The notes below the pieces were generated by a model. That model ran no database searches, was not told the DNA's origin, and saw nothing but the letters and a program-made list of their open reading frames with translations. The translations under genes were made by a program, and so were the position numbers. Below are positions 10,314-19,946 of a stretch of DNA of 64,000 bases, piece by piece. Every line of letters starts with the position of its first letter. The first letter of the stretch is position 1. The stretch spans positions 2,592,001 through 2,656,000 of the forward strand of contig OZ242351.1 in the NCBI GenBank assembly GCA_965208675.1, read 5' to 3'. Source of the DNA: Candidatus Poribacteria bacterium. Lineage in GTDB: Bacteria; Poribacteria; WGA-4E; PCPOR2b.

Positions 10314-10460
10314 TTTATGAACTAACTCAAAATCCTTAGGAGCCAAACTATGGAAACCTTACTCTCAACGTGGGAGGAGATGAAGTGATGAAAACTCACG
10401 GGAAGAATGCCAAGACCGCAATGAACCTAAAAACAATAATCCTCTCTCTCATCTTATGCG
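10314..10460 (+). repeat. Shared leader plus signal-peptide module, copy 1 (copy 2 at 12763-12909)
   Basis: actaactcaaaatccttaggagccaaactatggaaaccttactctcaacg... continuing through MK.HGKNAKTAM..KTIILSLI.C. Confidence 0.9.
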
Positions 10461-10918
10461 CCCTCTCTGGGTGTGCCGCCGAGCACAATGGCAACAACGA
10501 TACCGTACCTCACCCTATGACTGAATGGGTCGGAGAGTGGAACGTTATGGATTTTGATACCGGTGGCAACTTGGTTCCAACTTCAGACCGATTTATTTTC
10601 AGACCAAACGGCACATTTATTAAGCGCAGTTGGTCAATATTTAAAGAACCCCGCGAGAGAGTTGTATCCATTCGTGGTATTTATTTAGTCTATGACAATA
10701 CATGCATACTGAAGCGCTGGGTTGGAGAACCAGACACTGTACGGCATCATGAACGTTACGAAGGCACATGGCAAAGGCTTGACAACATTCTCATTTTATC
10801 AGCCGAACCGCAATTCTATAATAATCCTGACCGTCTAGGAAAACGACTCTATCTCGGTGAAACTGTGGTATTTAAACGTCCCGATTTGCGTTCGGAAATA
10901 CAACTACGAAAAAAATAA
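10388..10918 (+). CDS. Hypothetical lipoprotein (lipocalin-like fold possible)
   Basis: Lipobox LSGC; WVGEWNV, F.F.PNGTF and EGTWQR motifs. Confidence 0.7.
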   Translation: MKTHGKNAKTAMNLKTIILSLILCALSGCAAEHNGNNDTVPHPMTEWVGEWNVMDFDTGGNLVPTSDRFIFRPNGTFIKRSWSIFKEPRERVVSIRGIYLVYDNTCILKRWVGEPDTVRHHERYEGTWQRLDNILILSAEPQFYNNPDRLGKRLYLGETVVFKRPDLRSEIQLRKK

Positions 10919-11255
10919 TAGGGAGGTTTACAATGGACACACAAACTGTTTTTGCAGTCTTAGGTACGACAGGCCAGCGCGTGCCCGTTGGCGTGAACAC
11001 CCGAATGTCGTGCGTTGGTTGCGCATCAAGTATGCAGTAGATGCTCTGGCGATGCAGCCGGGCTTTGACCGAAACCAACTTTCCGAGATGAAGTTGTCCG
11101 GCCTCTTCGCCAAGCCCAACAAGGAATAGCGTCCGCCAATCAAACAGAAATACCCGGAGTGCGCGGGTGGCGCAACGATGCGTGTTGGCAGAGGAAGCAG
11201 TGGCGGTATTTGACTGGAACGACGGATTTGAAGTTGCAATTAAGGAGGTATTAGA

Positions 11256-11549
11256 ATGAGGGTTAAAAAGAGCGACAGATCTTTATTGGAACGTTTACGA
11301 AGCAAACCGCCGCTTGGCGGCGAGATTGGCAAGGAATTAGGAGAAGCGGGTAAGGGGTTGCGTGAAGTTCCGGCGCCTAATTGGAAAGACAAGGAAGCGC
11401 GCGCCCGTTGGCGTGAGCACCCGAAAGTCGTGCGTTGGTTGCGCATCAAGTATGCGGTAGACGCCCTAGCGATGAAGCCGGGTTTTGATCTAAACAAGCT
11501 CTCCGAGATGAAGTTGTCCGAGCTCTTGGCCAAACCCAACAAGGAATAG
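11256..11549 (+). CDS. 97-aa basic hypothetical protein, array copy B
   Basis: TAAGGAGG RBS; the reading frame is conserved across units. Confidence 0.7.
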   Translation: MRVKKSDRSLLERLRSKPPLGGEIGKELGEAGKGLREVPAPNWKDKEARARWREHPKVVRWLRIKYAVDALAMKPGFDLNKLSEMKLSELLAKPNKE

Positions 11550-11675
11550 CGTCCGCCAATCAAACAAAAATCGCCTGAGTGCGCGGACGGCGCAACGATG
11601 CGTGTTGGCAGAGGGAGCGGTGGCTGTATTTGATTGGAACGACGATTTTGAAGCTGCGATTAAGGGGGTATTAAA

Positions 11676-11969
11676 ATGAGAGTTAAAAAGAGCGGAAGAT
11701 CTTTATTAGAACGTTTACGAAGTACACCGCCGCTAGGCGGCGAGATTGGCGAGGAGTTAAGAGAAGCGGGTAAGGGATTGCGTGAAGTTCCGCGCCCTGC
11801 ATTGGGCGACAAAACAGCGAAGCGGCGTTGGCGTGAGCACCCGAAAGTCGTGCGTTGGTTGCGCATCAAGTATGCGGTAGACGCCCTAGCGATGCGGCCG
11901 GGTTTTGACCGTAACAAACTCTCCGAGATGAAGTTGACCGACCTCTTCGCCAACCCCAGCAAGGAATAG
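11676..11969 (+). CDS. 97-aa basic hypothetical protein, array copy C
   Basis: Paralog of 11256-11549 with a variable central segment. Confidence 0.7.
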   Translation: MRVKKSGRSLLERLRSTPPLGGEIGEELREAGKGLREVPRPALGDKTAKRRWREHPKVVRWLRIKYAVDALAMRPGFDRNKLSEMKLTDLFANPSKE

Positions 11970-12136
11970 CGCCCATAAATCAAACAAAAATCCCCTAAGT
12001 GCGCGGGCGGGGCGACGATGCGTGTTGGCGGAGGAGGCGGTGGCGGTATTTGACTGGAACGACGATTTTGAAGCTGCGATTAAGGAGATATTAAAATGAT
12101 TAGCGATGAGGTGTTGAAAGTAATACGGAAGTTTTT

Positions 12137-12390
12137 GTAGGTTGGGTAGAGCGGGAATGATGTACGAGATGCGGAGATCTGCACGTGGTTAGAATGTTGA
12201 GGTTGTTGGCCGATGTTTATGATGTAGCGAAACCCAACGTTTTTGAAACCTTTACCTTCCCGATTGTCCGACGCCGGCACAGGGACGATCAGATCAAGAA
12301 AATACCATGGATATGTTGGGAAATCGAGGCGGAGCATTGAATACGGAATTTATTTGGAATGCCGGAGGAATTAAAATCATTGGGTTTCGC
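12137..12390 (+). repeat. Partial REPIN-like element
   Basis: 17-nt arm, 73 nt, 12-nt arm, 140 nt, inverted 12-nt arm; homologous to 13883-14228. Confidence 0.75.
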
Positions 12391-12762
12391 TCCAAAAATC
12401 ATAATTTCTAACGCAAATAAAACGCGTTACGCACGCGGCACTTTGAAACTTTTGTTGTCTCGGCATTAAACAATTGCCAGAGTGAAACAATTTACGCCTT
12501 ATGGTAACAACCGGGCTAAACCCGGTGGTTGCCGAATGGGCGTGTAGGACGCCTTTGTTCAAGATACAGACAGGTAACGCTATGCGCCCGAACATTGTGG
12601 TTCGGGCGTGCGTTTTCTAACATTTTTTATTGGAGCCGCTGTGGTTCGTAATCCTTAATTCCCCGGCTACCAAATGCTGATTAACGTCCAACCATCGGTA
12701 AGCGCGGTCAAGCGAGTGGGCAGCGAGTGCGATAGAGTTCCCCTTCCCAACCGCTAAATCAG

Positions 12763-12909
12763 TTTATAAACTAACTCAAAATCCTTAGGAGCCAAACTAT
12801 GGAAACCTTACTCTCAACGTAGGAGGAAATGAAGTAATGAAAATTCATGGGAAGAATGCCAAGACCGCAATGATCCCAAAAACAATAATCCTTTCTCTCA
12901 TTTTCTGCG
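12763..12909 (+). repeat. Shared leader plus signal-peptide module, copy 2
   Basis: Aligns to 10314-10460 at a constant offset of 2449. Confidence 0.9.
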
Positions 12910-13376
12910 TCGTCTTCGCCAATGGCGCGCCACCTGCGAAATCTGACTATAAGTTTCGTGTTAGTGTTGAAGTCGCATCTGATAGTCATGAATCTATAAT
13001 CAAAAGCTATTTAAGTCGTGGACTCCGTCAGATCGGTGATGTTGAAGTTGTATATGATGAAGCCCTATATAGTGTCCGAGTAGTTCACGTTCATCATACC
13101 TTTGTTAACGCTTACTCAATTGTTGTCATGGAAAGTAGGCATGATACTGTTTTGGCTTTGACAGATCGCTTGCATGATGAGGATTTGAGAGAATTGGCCC
13201 GTGAGCTTTTCGATGATGTTGTTTCGATAAAAACTCATTTATTATTCATGTTCGGCGGACAACGAGATATTAGTGAAGCGTGTGAAAAAATCGTTGCAGA
13301 ACTTGACGCGGATGTCTTAGAACCGCATAGGCAGGTACTGCAGAAACTGAGATGGCGTCACAAAGAGCAAAAATAA
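12837..13376 (+). CDS. Hypothetical secreted protein
   Basis: 179-aa ORF with AGGAGG RBS and signal peptide. Confidence 0.75.
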   Translation: MKIHGKNAKTAMIPKTIILSLIFCVVFANGAPPAKSDYKFRVSVEVASDSHESIIKSYLSRGLRQIGDVEVVYDEALYSVRVVHVHHTFVNAYSIVVMESRHDTVLALTDRLHDEDLRELARELFDDVVSIKTHLLFMFGGQRDISEACEKIVAELDADVLEPHRQVLQKLRWRHKEQK

Positions 13377-13390
13377 CAAGGAGCTACACC

Positions 13391-13642
13391 ATGGACGCCT
13401 TGCAATCACCGGAGTTCCTGATAATCGCATTAACGGTTGCAAGTATTCTCGTAACGTACCTGCTGCCGGTCGTAATCGTTGCCGCTATCTTCTGGACAAA
13501 TCGCACGACCAAAAAGCTAATTACTTCGTTGATACCGCAAATACAGGCAGACCGCGCCGAATTACTCGCACAAATGCAGTGTGAACACGAAGAGTTACGC
13601 TCGGAGCTAAAAATGAAAGACCGCACTAGGCGAAAGCAATAA
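13391..13642 (+). CDS. Small membrane protein with coiled-coil C-terminus
   Basis: AAGGAG RBS before MDALQSPEF; hydrophobic segment followed by a charged helix. Confidence 0.65.
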   Translation: MDALQSPEFLIIALTVASILVTYLLPVVIVAAIFWTNRTTKKLITSLIPQIQADRAELLAQMQCEHEELRSELKMKDRTRRKQ

Positions 13643-13652
13643 GGAGCCGACC

Positions 13653-13793
13653 TTGCAGGTGAAAGATGTCCCGGCGTACATAGAGAATCTGTTAAACGAT
13701 TTTATACTTTTCATCGGCGAAATCGAGGTCGAAACGGCTATCGCTATTGTCGGTGTAGTATTTTTAATCGGCAAATGGATTGAGGAACGTTAA
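13653..13793 (+). CDS. Small membrane peptide (~44-46 aa, not in ORF track)
   Basis: AAGGAG RBS; reads KDVPAYIENLLNDFILFIGEIEVETAIAIVGVVFLIGKWIEER*. Confidence 0.45.
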   Translation: MQVKDVPAYIENLLNDFILFIGEIEVETAIAIVGVVFLIGKWIEER

Positions 13794-13882
13794 GCCCTTA
13801 CCCATTACGCTTTATTCATAATTCTTTACTCATTACGCTTTACTCGTTACGCTTTACCGTAAGCGCGATCAAGCGAGTTTTT

Positions 13883-14228
13883 GTAGGTTAGGTAGAGCGG
13901 ATATGGTGATACATGCGTAGTATTTCGTTAGCAGTACATACATTGAGATTGTTTGGCACATGTAATGGTGGAGCGAAACCCAACGTTTTTGAAAAGTTCG
14001 GATCGCCGACCGGCAGGCGTCACCGCCAAATCGATAAGAACAAGGAAATACAAGGAGTGAATTTGGAATTTGAAGCGGTGTATTGTAATTGGAATTTTGT
14101 TAGGGTTCCCGGAGGGTATAAAAGCGTTGGGTTTCGCTCTGCGTGTTTTGACATCGGCATCGTTAGAAATTCGGAACGGTTAATTGTTACCTGAACCGTT
14201 TTGCAATTATCCGCTCTACCCAACCTAC
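13883..14228. repeat. Complete 346-bp REPIN-like symmetric element
   Basis: GTAGGTTAGGTAGAGCG, 73 nt, GCGAAACCCAAC, 141 nt, GTTGGGTTTCGC, 74 nt, CGCTCTACCCAACCTAC. Confidence 0.85.
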
Positions 14229-14667
14229 AGAAACTATGATGGCTGAATCAATCAACTCGTCTGCGGGTTCAAAATTGAGCATTCGCAACTTATTTTCTCA
14301 AATGCTCACAAATACTCAACGCCGCAAACCCGCTCCCTGTCTAGCTTTCCGCCCATTATCGCTTATTTTCCAATGTCCCAAATACTCAAAAAATAAGCAA
14401 ATCACAAATTCCAAATCTACCTACTCAACCCAAATTAACACGAGCGTTTTTAATTTTTTCAGACAACGTATACCGCAAAAGTTTCCCTTTTTTTTATGGA
14501 CTGTAAAAACTGTAATTTTGGCTGAAATCTGTGGGTTTGAATTTCCTACTGATGACATTCGTCGCTCGACGCCGTAAGGGTTCCTAGGTTGGGTTAAACC
14601 CAAAATAACGCAAAAGCGAAATTACAAAATCAATTCATGTCAACCCGCGATTGATAGCCACACCCCG

Positions 14668-16701
14668 ATGAAATCACAAGCCTTTCGTTACAAAATTATT
14701 CTATTGAGCGGACTTACCTTGTTTACGTCCGACCCGGTTGCCGTCTCCCAAATTCAAGATTATTCAACGTTGAATTTGCCCGACGGAGCGGTTGCGCGTC
14801 TGGGGAAAGGCGGGGTGAGTTTCGGCGACAGAAGTATCGCGTTTTCGCCCGATGGAAGCCGCCTCGCCGTAGCAACCAGCATCGGCGCATGGCTTTACGA
14901 TGCCGAGACGTGGGATGAAATTGCGCTGCTAGCCGGGCACAAAGAGGAGGTTTCCACGGTGGCGTTCTCGCCTGACGGCACAAAACTGGCTTCAGGGTCG
15001 GGCTCCCAATTCCCCGGAACGCTAAAACTGTGGGATATCGAAAGCGGACAAGATATCGCTGCATTCCAAGTAGAGAGAAGATTTGTCGATACTGCGGCGT
15101 TCTCGCCTGACGGGGCAAAGCTTGCCTGGGCGGATAGATTGTGGGATGTGAGGGCAGGACAACAACTCGACATCATCCAAGATAAGGGGTTGTACAAGGT
15201 CGAGTTTTCGTCCGATGGTGTGACGTTAGCGGGGACAGACATGTGCGCCGTTAATGGGAAGCGGGCGGCGGTTGTAAAGTTATACGACATTGAAACCGGA
15301 AAACACCTTAAGACGCTAAATCAGGGTACAGAACGGGTCTCATCCATCGCCTTTTCGCCTGATGGGCATCTATTAGCTTCAGGCTCGCCATCCGATGGCA
15401 CAGTCAAACTGTGGGATGTAGATTCAGGGCAAAATACCGCCGTATTTACAGTGAAACCAAGTGATGGCAATGCAATGTGTGTTGCGTTCTCACCCGACGG
15501 CGCAAAACTCGCTGTGGCGTCGTCGGAGGGTATCACGCTCTGGGAAGTATCGACGGGGCAGCATCTCTACGCACGGCAACACATCGATTTCGGAAAACTA
15601 GAGATTTCAGCGGATGTTTTCTCTATTGCGTTTTCGCCGGACGGGACGAAACTCGCCTCAGCGTCATGGGATGGCGTCAAGCTGTGGGATGCAGCGACCG
15701 GGCAAAATCTCGCCGCCTTACCCGGTCATACACGGGTGGTTAATGCTGTCGCGTTCGCACCTGACGGATCGGCGCTCGCGTCAAATTCGATGAGCGGCGT
15801 CCAAGTATGGGAGGTTGCCGCCGGCCGGCATATTACCACGCTGGCAGGGCCTCCGAATTTTGCCGCATCCTTTGCGTATTCGCCCGACGGCACAAGACTC
15901 GCCGCGGGTTCAGCAGATGCAAGGAATGCCGAGCATACAGTTAAAATATGGGACGTAGATACGGGGAAAAATATTGATACCCTACAAGGGCACTCGGACT
16001 TAGTGACCGCGGTCGCGTACTCGCAAGACGGAACGCTGCTTGCCGCGGGGTCAAAAGACAGAACCATCAACGTGTGGGATGTCAAAACAGGGCAAAGCGC
16101 CGCCAGATTGCGGGGGCATAAGAGTTCAATCAACGCTGTCGCGTTTTCGCCCGATGGAACGAAACTGGCGTCCGGCGCAGATGATACGTCAATTCGGTTG
16201 TGGGAGATTCCGACCGGCAAAGTGCTGTATACACTAGGCGGTATAAATAGCCCTCAAATCCCGGTGAAAGTGCTGCCCGCGCCGCGCCGAGGAGAGGACA
16301 TCAACGAAGATCAGATGGACAGTGCCGGTGATGTTGTACCCGAGATTATCAGGGGTTCTGTCCTATCTGTCGCATTTTCGCCGGACGGAACGAAACTCGC
16401 CTCTGCGTCGATGGATGGCGTCAGGCTGTGGCATGTAGGGACAGGGAAACTTCTCGCGGCGCTCACGGACGAGGAGGATGCTGCGGGTTTCTCCGTCGCA
16501 TTTTCACCGGATGGCGCAAAACTCGCTTCCGGGTCGTGGGATAACACGGTAGAGCTGTGGGATGTTTCGACGCAAAAACATATCGCTGCATTTCAAGGGC
16601 ATACCGGCAACGTCTGGACCGTGGCGTTTTCGCCCGACGGCACAAAACTGGCTTCAGGATCAGATGATGGAACGGTGCTGCTGTGGAATGCACCAGAGTA
16701 A
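14668..16701 (+). CDS. Secreted WD40-repeat protein
   Basis: Many GH...VAFSPDGTKLASGS.D.TV.LWD repeats; N-terminal LPDGAVARLGKG motif. Confidence 0.95.
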   Translation: MKSQAFRYKIILLSGLTLFTSDPVAVSQIQDYSTLNLPDGAVARLGKGGVSFGDRSIAFSPDGSRLAVATSIGAWLYDAETWDEIALLAGHKEEVSTVAFSPDGTKLASGSGSQFPGTLKLWDIESGQDIAAFQVERRFVDTAAFSPDGAKLAWADRLWDVRAGQQLDIIQDKGLYKVEFSSDGVTLAGTDMCAVNGKRAAVVKLYDIETGKHLKTLNQGTERVSSIAFSPDGHLLASGSPSDGTVKLWDVDSGQNTAVFTVKPSDGNAMCVAFSPDGAKLAVASSEGITLWEVSTGQHLYARQHIDFGKLEISADVFSIAFSPDGTKLASASWDGVKLWDAATGQNLAALPGHTRVVNAVAFAPDGSALASNSMSGVQVWEVAAGRHITTLAGPPNFAASFAYSPDGTRLAAGSADARNAEHTVKIWDVDTGKNIDTLQGHSDLVTAVAYSQDGTLLAAGSKDRTINVWDVKTGQSAARLRGHKSSINAVAFSPDGTKLASGADDTSIRLWEIPTGKVLYTLGGINSPQIPVKVLPAPRRGEDINEDQMDSAGDVVPEIIRGSVLSVAFSPDGTKLASASMDGVRLWHVGTGKLLAALTDEEDAAGFSVAFSPDGAKLASGSWDNTVELWDVSTQKHIAAFQGHTGNVWTVAFSPDGTKLASGSDDGTVLLWNAPE

Positions 16702-16956
16702 ATCGGCGACTGAAACGTTTTGACGATCGGACAAAAAACTGTAAGCGGAGACATCGCAGTCTCGTCGACACAAGTAGAAATCCGTCACCATACAGAGGAA
16801 TATGGTATAATGTAGATGATTTGATGGTGCTCGCTATTCTGGTTTTGTCAACCCGATGACTTTATAACAAACTGTGTTCCTCGATATATAGCGATTATCC
16901 TAGTAGTTTCATTCGAGTCGTATTAGCGTACCGGTGCTGCCGTTAAGGAGTTTTGC

Positions 16957-18261
16957 ATGTTAAAAATTTTTGAAGCCTATACCGAAGAAGCGCAAGCGTT
17001 CATTAAACGGTTAAACCTGCGCGGACGACTCGACGATGAGGACATTTTGAAAACGGTACGCCGCATATTGCAAGATGTTCGTAAAAATGGGGACGCCGCC
17101 GTAATCAAGTATACACGCAAGTACGATGCGCCGAGAATAGCCGTAAAAGATTTACGCGTAAAAGCAAAGGAATTCAACGACGCACAGTCACATGTCGATC
17201 CAGAATTCATTGATGCGGTCAAGCTTGCCCGGCAGAATATCGAAAGATTTCATCGGAAACAGTTACGAAATTCATGGTTCACCGCCGAAGAAAACGGTGT
17301 CCTTTTAGGGCATATGATTCGCCCGTTGAAGCGTGTCGGCGTATGTGTGCCTTCTGTAAGTCAGCTATTGGTTTCGTCGCTCATCATGAACGTGGTTCCG
17401 GCAAAGGTTGCAGGCGTTGAAGAGATTGCCGTATTCATGGGCCCCATGCGGAATCGCAAGATTAATCCGCATATGCTTGTTGCAGCGGCGGAATGCGGCG
17501 TTCAGGAGGTTTACAAGTGCGGCGGCGCCCAAGCTGTCGCGGCAATGGCTTATGGAACGGAAACTTTGCCAAAAGTAGACAAGATTGTCGGGCCGGGAAA
17601 CTCTTTTGTCCAACTCGCCAAGAAGGAGGTCTACGGTATGGTCGACATTGACAAATTGGCGGGTCCGAGTGAAGTCCTCGTTATCGCCGACCAGAGCGCG
17701 GAACCGGCTTTCATCGCTGCAGATTTAATCTCTCAGGCAGAACACAGTGAAGATAGCTCCGCGATTCTTGTGACGCCGTCAAGAACGCTCGCAGAACAGG
17801 TTCGAAAAGAGGTAGAATTACAGACGAAAGTACTTCCGCGCCAGACTGAACTTACAAGCGCGTTTGAGAACCACAGCGCCGCGCTGGTCGTCCCCGATTT
17901 GGCGGAAGCAATCAATCTGGCGAATGCAATCGCTCCTGAACACGTTGAGTTGGAAGTGGAACGCCCATTTGAGTGGATTGGCGAAATTCGCAATGCGGGC
18001 GCAATTTTGGTGGGACCTTACACGCCGGAATCCGTCGGCGATTATATCGCGGGACCCAATCATATTCTTCCGACAGGGGGCGCCGCGCGATACGCTTCTC
18101 CGTTGAACGTGGACGATTTTCTTAAGAAGACAAGCGTAATCTCTTATACCGAGTCGGCTCTAAAAAAGGTGACGCCCGCGGTGGTCAAACTGGCGCAGGT
18201 GGAAGGCTTGGACGGGCATGCAGCCGCGATGACAACCCGGTTTGACAGGAATCAAGACTAA
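16957..18261 (+). CDS. hisD: Histidinol dehydrogenase
   Basis: KIVGPGN, AGPSEV, SQAEH, APEH and GDYIAGPNHILPT motifs. Confidence 0.97.
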   Translation: MLKIFEAYTEEAQAFIKRLNLRGRLDDEDILKTVRRILQDVRKNGDAAVIKYTRKYDAPRIAVKDLRVKAKEFNDAQSHVDPEFIDAVKLARQNIERFHRKQLRNSWFTAEENGVLLGHMIRPLKRVGVCVPSVSQLLVSSLIMNVVPAKVAGVEEIAVFMGPMRNRKINPHMLVAAAECGVQEVYKCGGAQAVAAMAYGTETLPKVDKIVGPGNSFVQLAKKEVYGMVDIDKLAGPSEVLVIADQSAEPAFIAADLISQAEHSEDSSAILVTPSRTLAEQVRKEVELQTKVLPRQTELTSAFENHSAALVVPDLAEAINLANAIAPEHVELEVERPFEWIGEIRNAGAILVGPYTPESVGDYIAGPNHILPTGGAARYASPLNVDDFLKKTSVISYTESALKKVTPAVVKLAQVEGLDGHAAAMTTRFDRNQD

Positions 18262-18335
18262 GTAAATCTTACAAACATCAACGATGGTGTTGCCTTCGCA
18301 TTTTAGCGGACGTGGTTTGCACAACGCCGTTTTTG

Positions 18336-19559
18336 CTATTCCACGATTGCCGTCACGACCCCAATGCCAAGCTTCACTCCCATCTTCTTGAGGTCAAACC
18401 TCGCACCTACGGATAATGCCATAGGGGTGTCAAGCGTGATTTTTACTGTCGCGTATTCTCCGGGGTTAATGACAGCAACGTCCGGCGGTAAACGTAGATG
18501 TCCGGTAATGTCGATAGTCCAGAGATGGATATCCGGTTTATCGTTTTCGACAAGCGGGATGTGAACGCCGCATTCCTCTTGGGTCATAACATAAACCGCA
18601 GCTTCAAAAACAGTATGCGACTTCATGGTCTTCGGATCGGATACAACCTGCCCGGGCGAAAGCCAGCCCGGTTCCGAATCAACCTGAACGACCTCCTGGT
18701 TTTCAACCGATTGATCGGCTTGTCCATTGTGCGGCGAAGGGGGAAGTTCTGCGTGGGAACGCATGGCTACACAGCGCGTTTTGATGAGATTGCCCTTGCC
18801 GACGATATGTACTGAATGGCCAACTGCAAGTCTGCCTTGAATAATCTCTCCATGAAGTGTTGACACACCGGTTTTCGGATCATCAGTCACTTCTCGAATC
18901 GGCAAAATCAGCGGCAGATCTGAGGTGCTTATCGGTTGCGGAATGCAACGGTTCAGTGCAAAGATAAGGTCCACAATTGGTTTCCAGTCACTGGAACTCA
19001 GATTATTCCCATTATATCTTAAAGCTCTCTCAGCATCTCCAATGATTATCGGGGATTTGGCTTCTACATAGCCATAAGCGGTAAGCGTTTCGCGAATCTC
19101 CATTTGACAGATTTCGATTAGCTCCGGGTCTTTGATAAGTTCTGCTTTGTTTAGAAACGCAACCACCGCCGGTATTCGAGTTTGGCTTGCAAGGCGAATC
19201 TGCGATTCTGTTTCAGTCGTCACGCCGTCAATCGCACTCACAACTAGAATCGCTCCTCCAACTTGCGGCGAACCGCTTATCAGCATCTTGACGTTATCCG
19301 CGTGGCTGATTGCGTCGATGTGCGTGTAATGCCTGCCGCTTGTCTCATAGTCGACTGCCTTATAACTAACGCCTAACCGCCCCCCGATTGAATGGTGAAT
19401 CGGTTGTTGCAAATCCAGATCATGCGCCAGTGATTGTGTCGAGCCAACCTTCGATACCACGTTTATGGTAGCAGCGGTCAGGGTAGTTTTTCCGTGACCC
19501 GCGCCCCCAAGTGTACAAATTGTCGATATTTGATGCCGGTGGTGCTTTTTTGTCTCCAT
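18336..19559 (-). CDS. Highly divergent EF-Tu-like protein with degenerate GTPase motifs
   Basis: Collinear with EF-Tu over all three domains (GHGKTTLTAA, YETSGRHYTHID, GAILVVSAIDG, FLNK, HTVFEAAVYV, G.GVV), but with G1-G5 and tRNA-contact changes. Confidence 0.9.
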   Translation of the reverse strand: METKKHHRHQISTICTLGGAGHGKTTLTAATINVVSKVGSTQSLAHDLDLQQPIHHSIGGRLGVSYKAVDYETSGRHYTHIDAISHADNVKMLISGSPQVGGAILVVSAIDGVTTETESQIRLASQTRIPAVVAFLNKAELIKDPELIEICQMEIRETLTAYGYVEAKSPIIIGDAERALRYNGNNLSSSDWKPIVDLIFALNRCIPQPISTSDLPLILPIREVTDDPKTGVSTLHGEIIQGRLAVGHSVHIVGKGNLIKTRCVAMRSHAELPPSPHNGQADQSVENQEVVQVDSEPGWLSPGQVVSDPKTMKSHTVFEAAVYVMTQEECGVHIPLVENDKPDIHLWTIDITGHLRLPPDVAVINPGEYATVKITLDTPMALSVGARFDLKKMGVKLGIGVVTAIVE

Positions 19560-19804
19560 ATGGCTAACCTCTCATAACAAATCGTCACACCAATATAGAT
19601 GACCTGTGGTTAGTCAATTGAAATGATTCTCTGCGGAACAAGTATTACCGGTGATACTTCGTATCTCTCCCATTTAGTTACAGTTTTCTGTCCTGCGTTA
19701 ATTCAATTTCCCGCTGGCAATGATAGTCTGTAGTTTACCAGAGATAACAGTAGACATCAATCACAAACTCCTATGTCCAAGTATTCCGGACGGACGGATT
19801 TTTA

Positions 19805-19833
19805 TTGACATTGCCTTAAAATGTTGTTATTAT
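19805..19833 (+). promoter_or_regulatory. Putative sigma-70 promoter
   Basis: TTGACA-17 nt-TATTAT, with TG upstream of the -10 box. Confidence 0.55.
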
Positions 19834-19946
19834 TCGCACGTTGTGTCTTGGAAACTACGATTCAAAAAGGGATTTGAATTTTCCATCAAATAAATGATTT
19901 AGAACGGCCTTATTCGATTCCAAGAATTGCAGATTGAGGTGAAAGT

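Larger units (their letters stand above)
10968..12099 (+). repeat. Tandem array of ~2.7 x 420-bp units
   Basis: Exact 420-nt period (ATGA at 11256, 11676, 12096; stops at 11129, 11549, 11969) with scattered substitutions. Confidence 0.95.

Noticed and set aside
10928-11983. Minus-strand 103-107 aa ORFs in the tandem array
   Set aside because: Antisense shadows; the RBS and synonymous-change pattern favour the plus strand.
6643-13793. Integron cassette array (many short co-oriented ORFs)
   Set aside because: I found no attC sites (RYYYAAC...GTTRRRY with L boxes) between genes and no intI; the remnant integrase is P4-type.
14263-14333. Possible ncRNA hairpin (gcgggtt/aacccgc enclosing tgagcatt/aatgctca)
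   Set aside because: Only two short stems, with no promoter, terminator or family motif to support it.
18336-19559. Calling the gene tuf or selB
   Set aside because: Invariant G-motifs and tRNA-contact residues are altered, and there is no SelB C-terminal extension.
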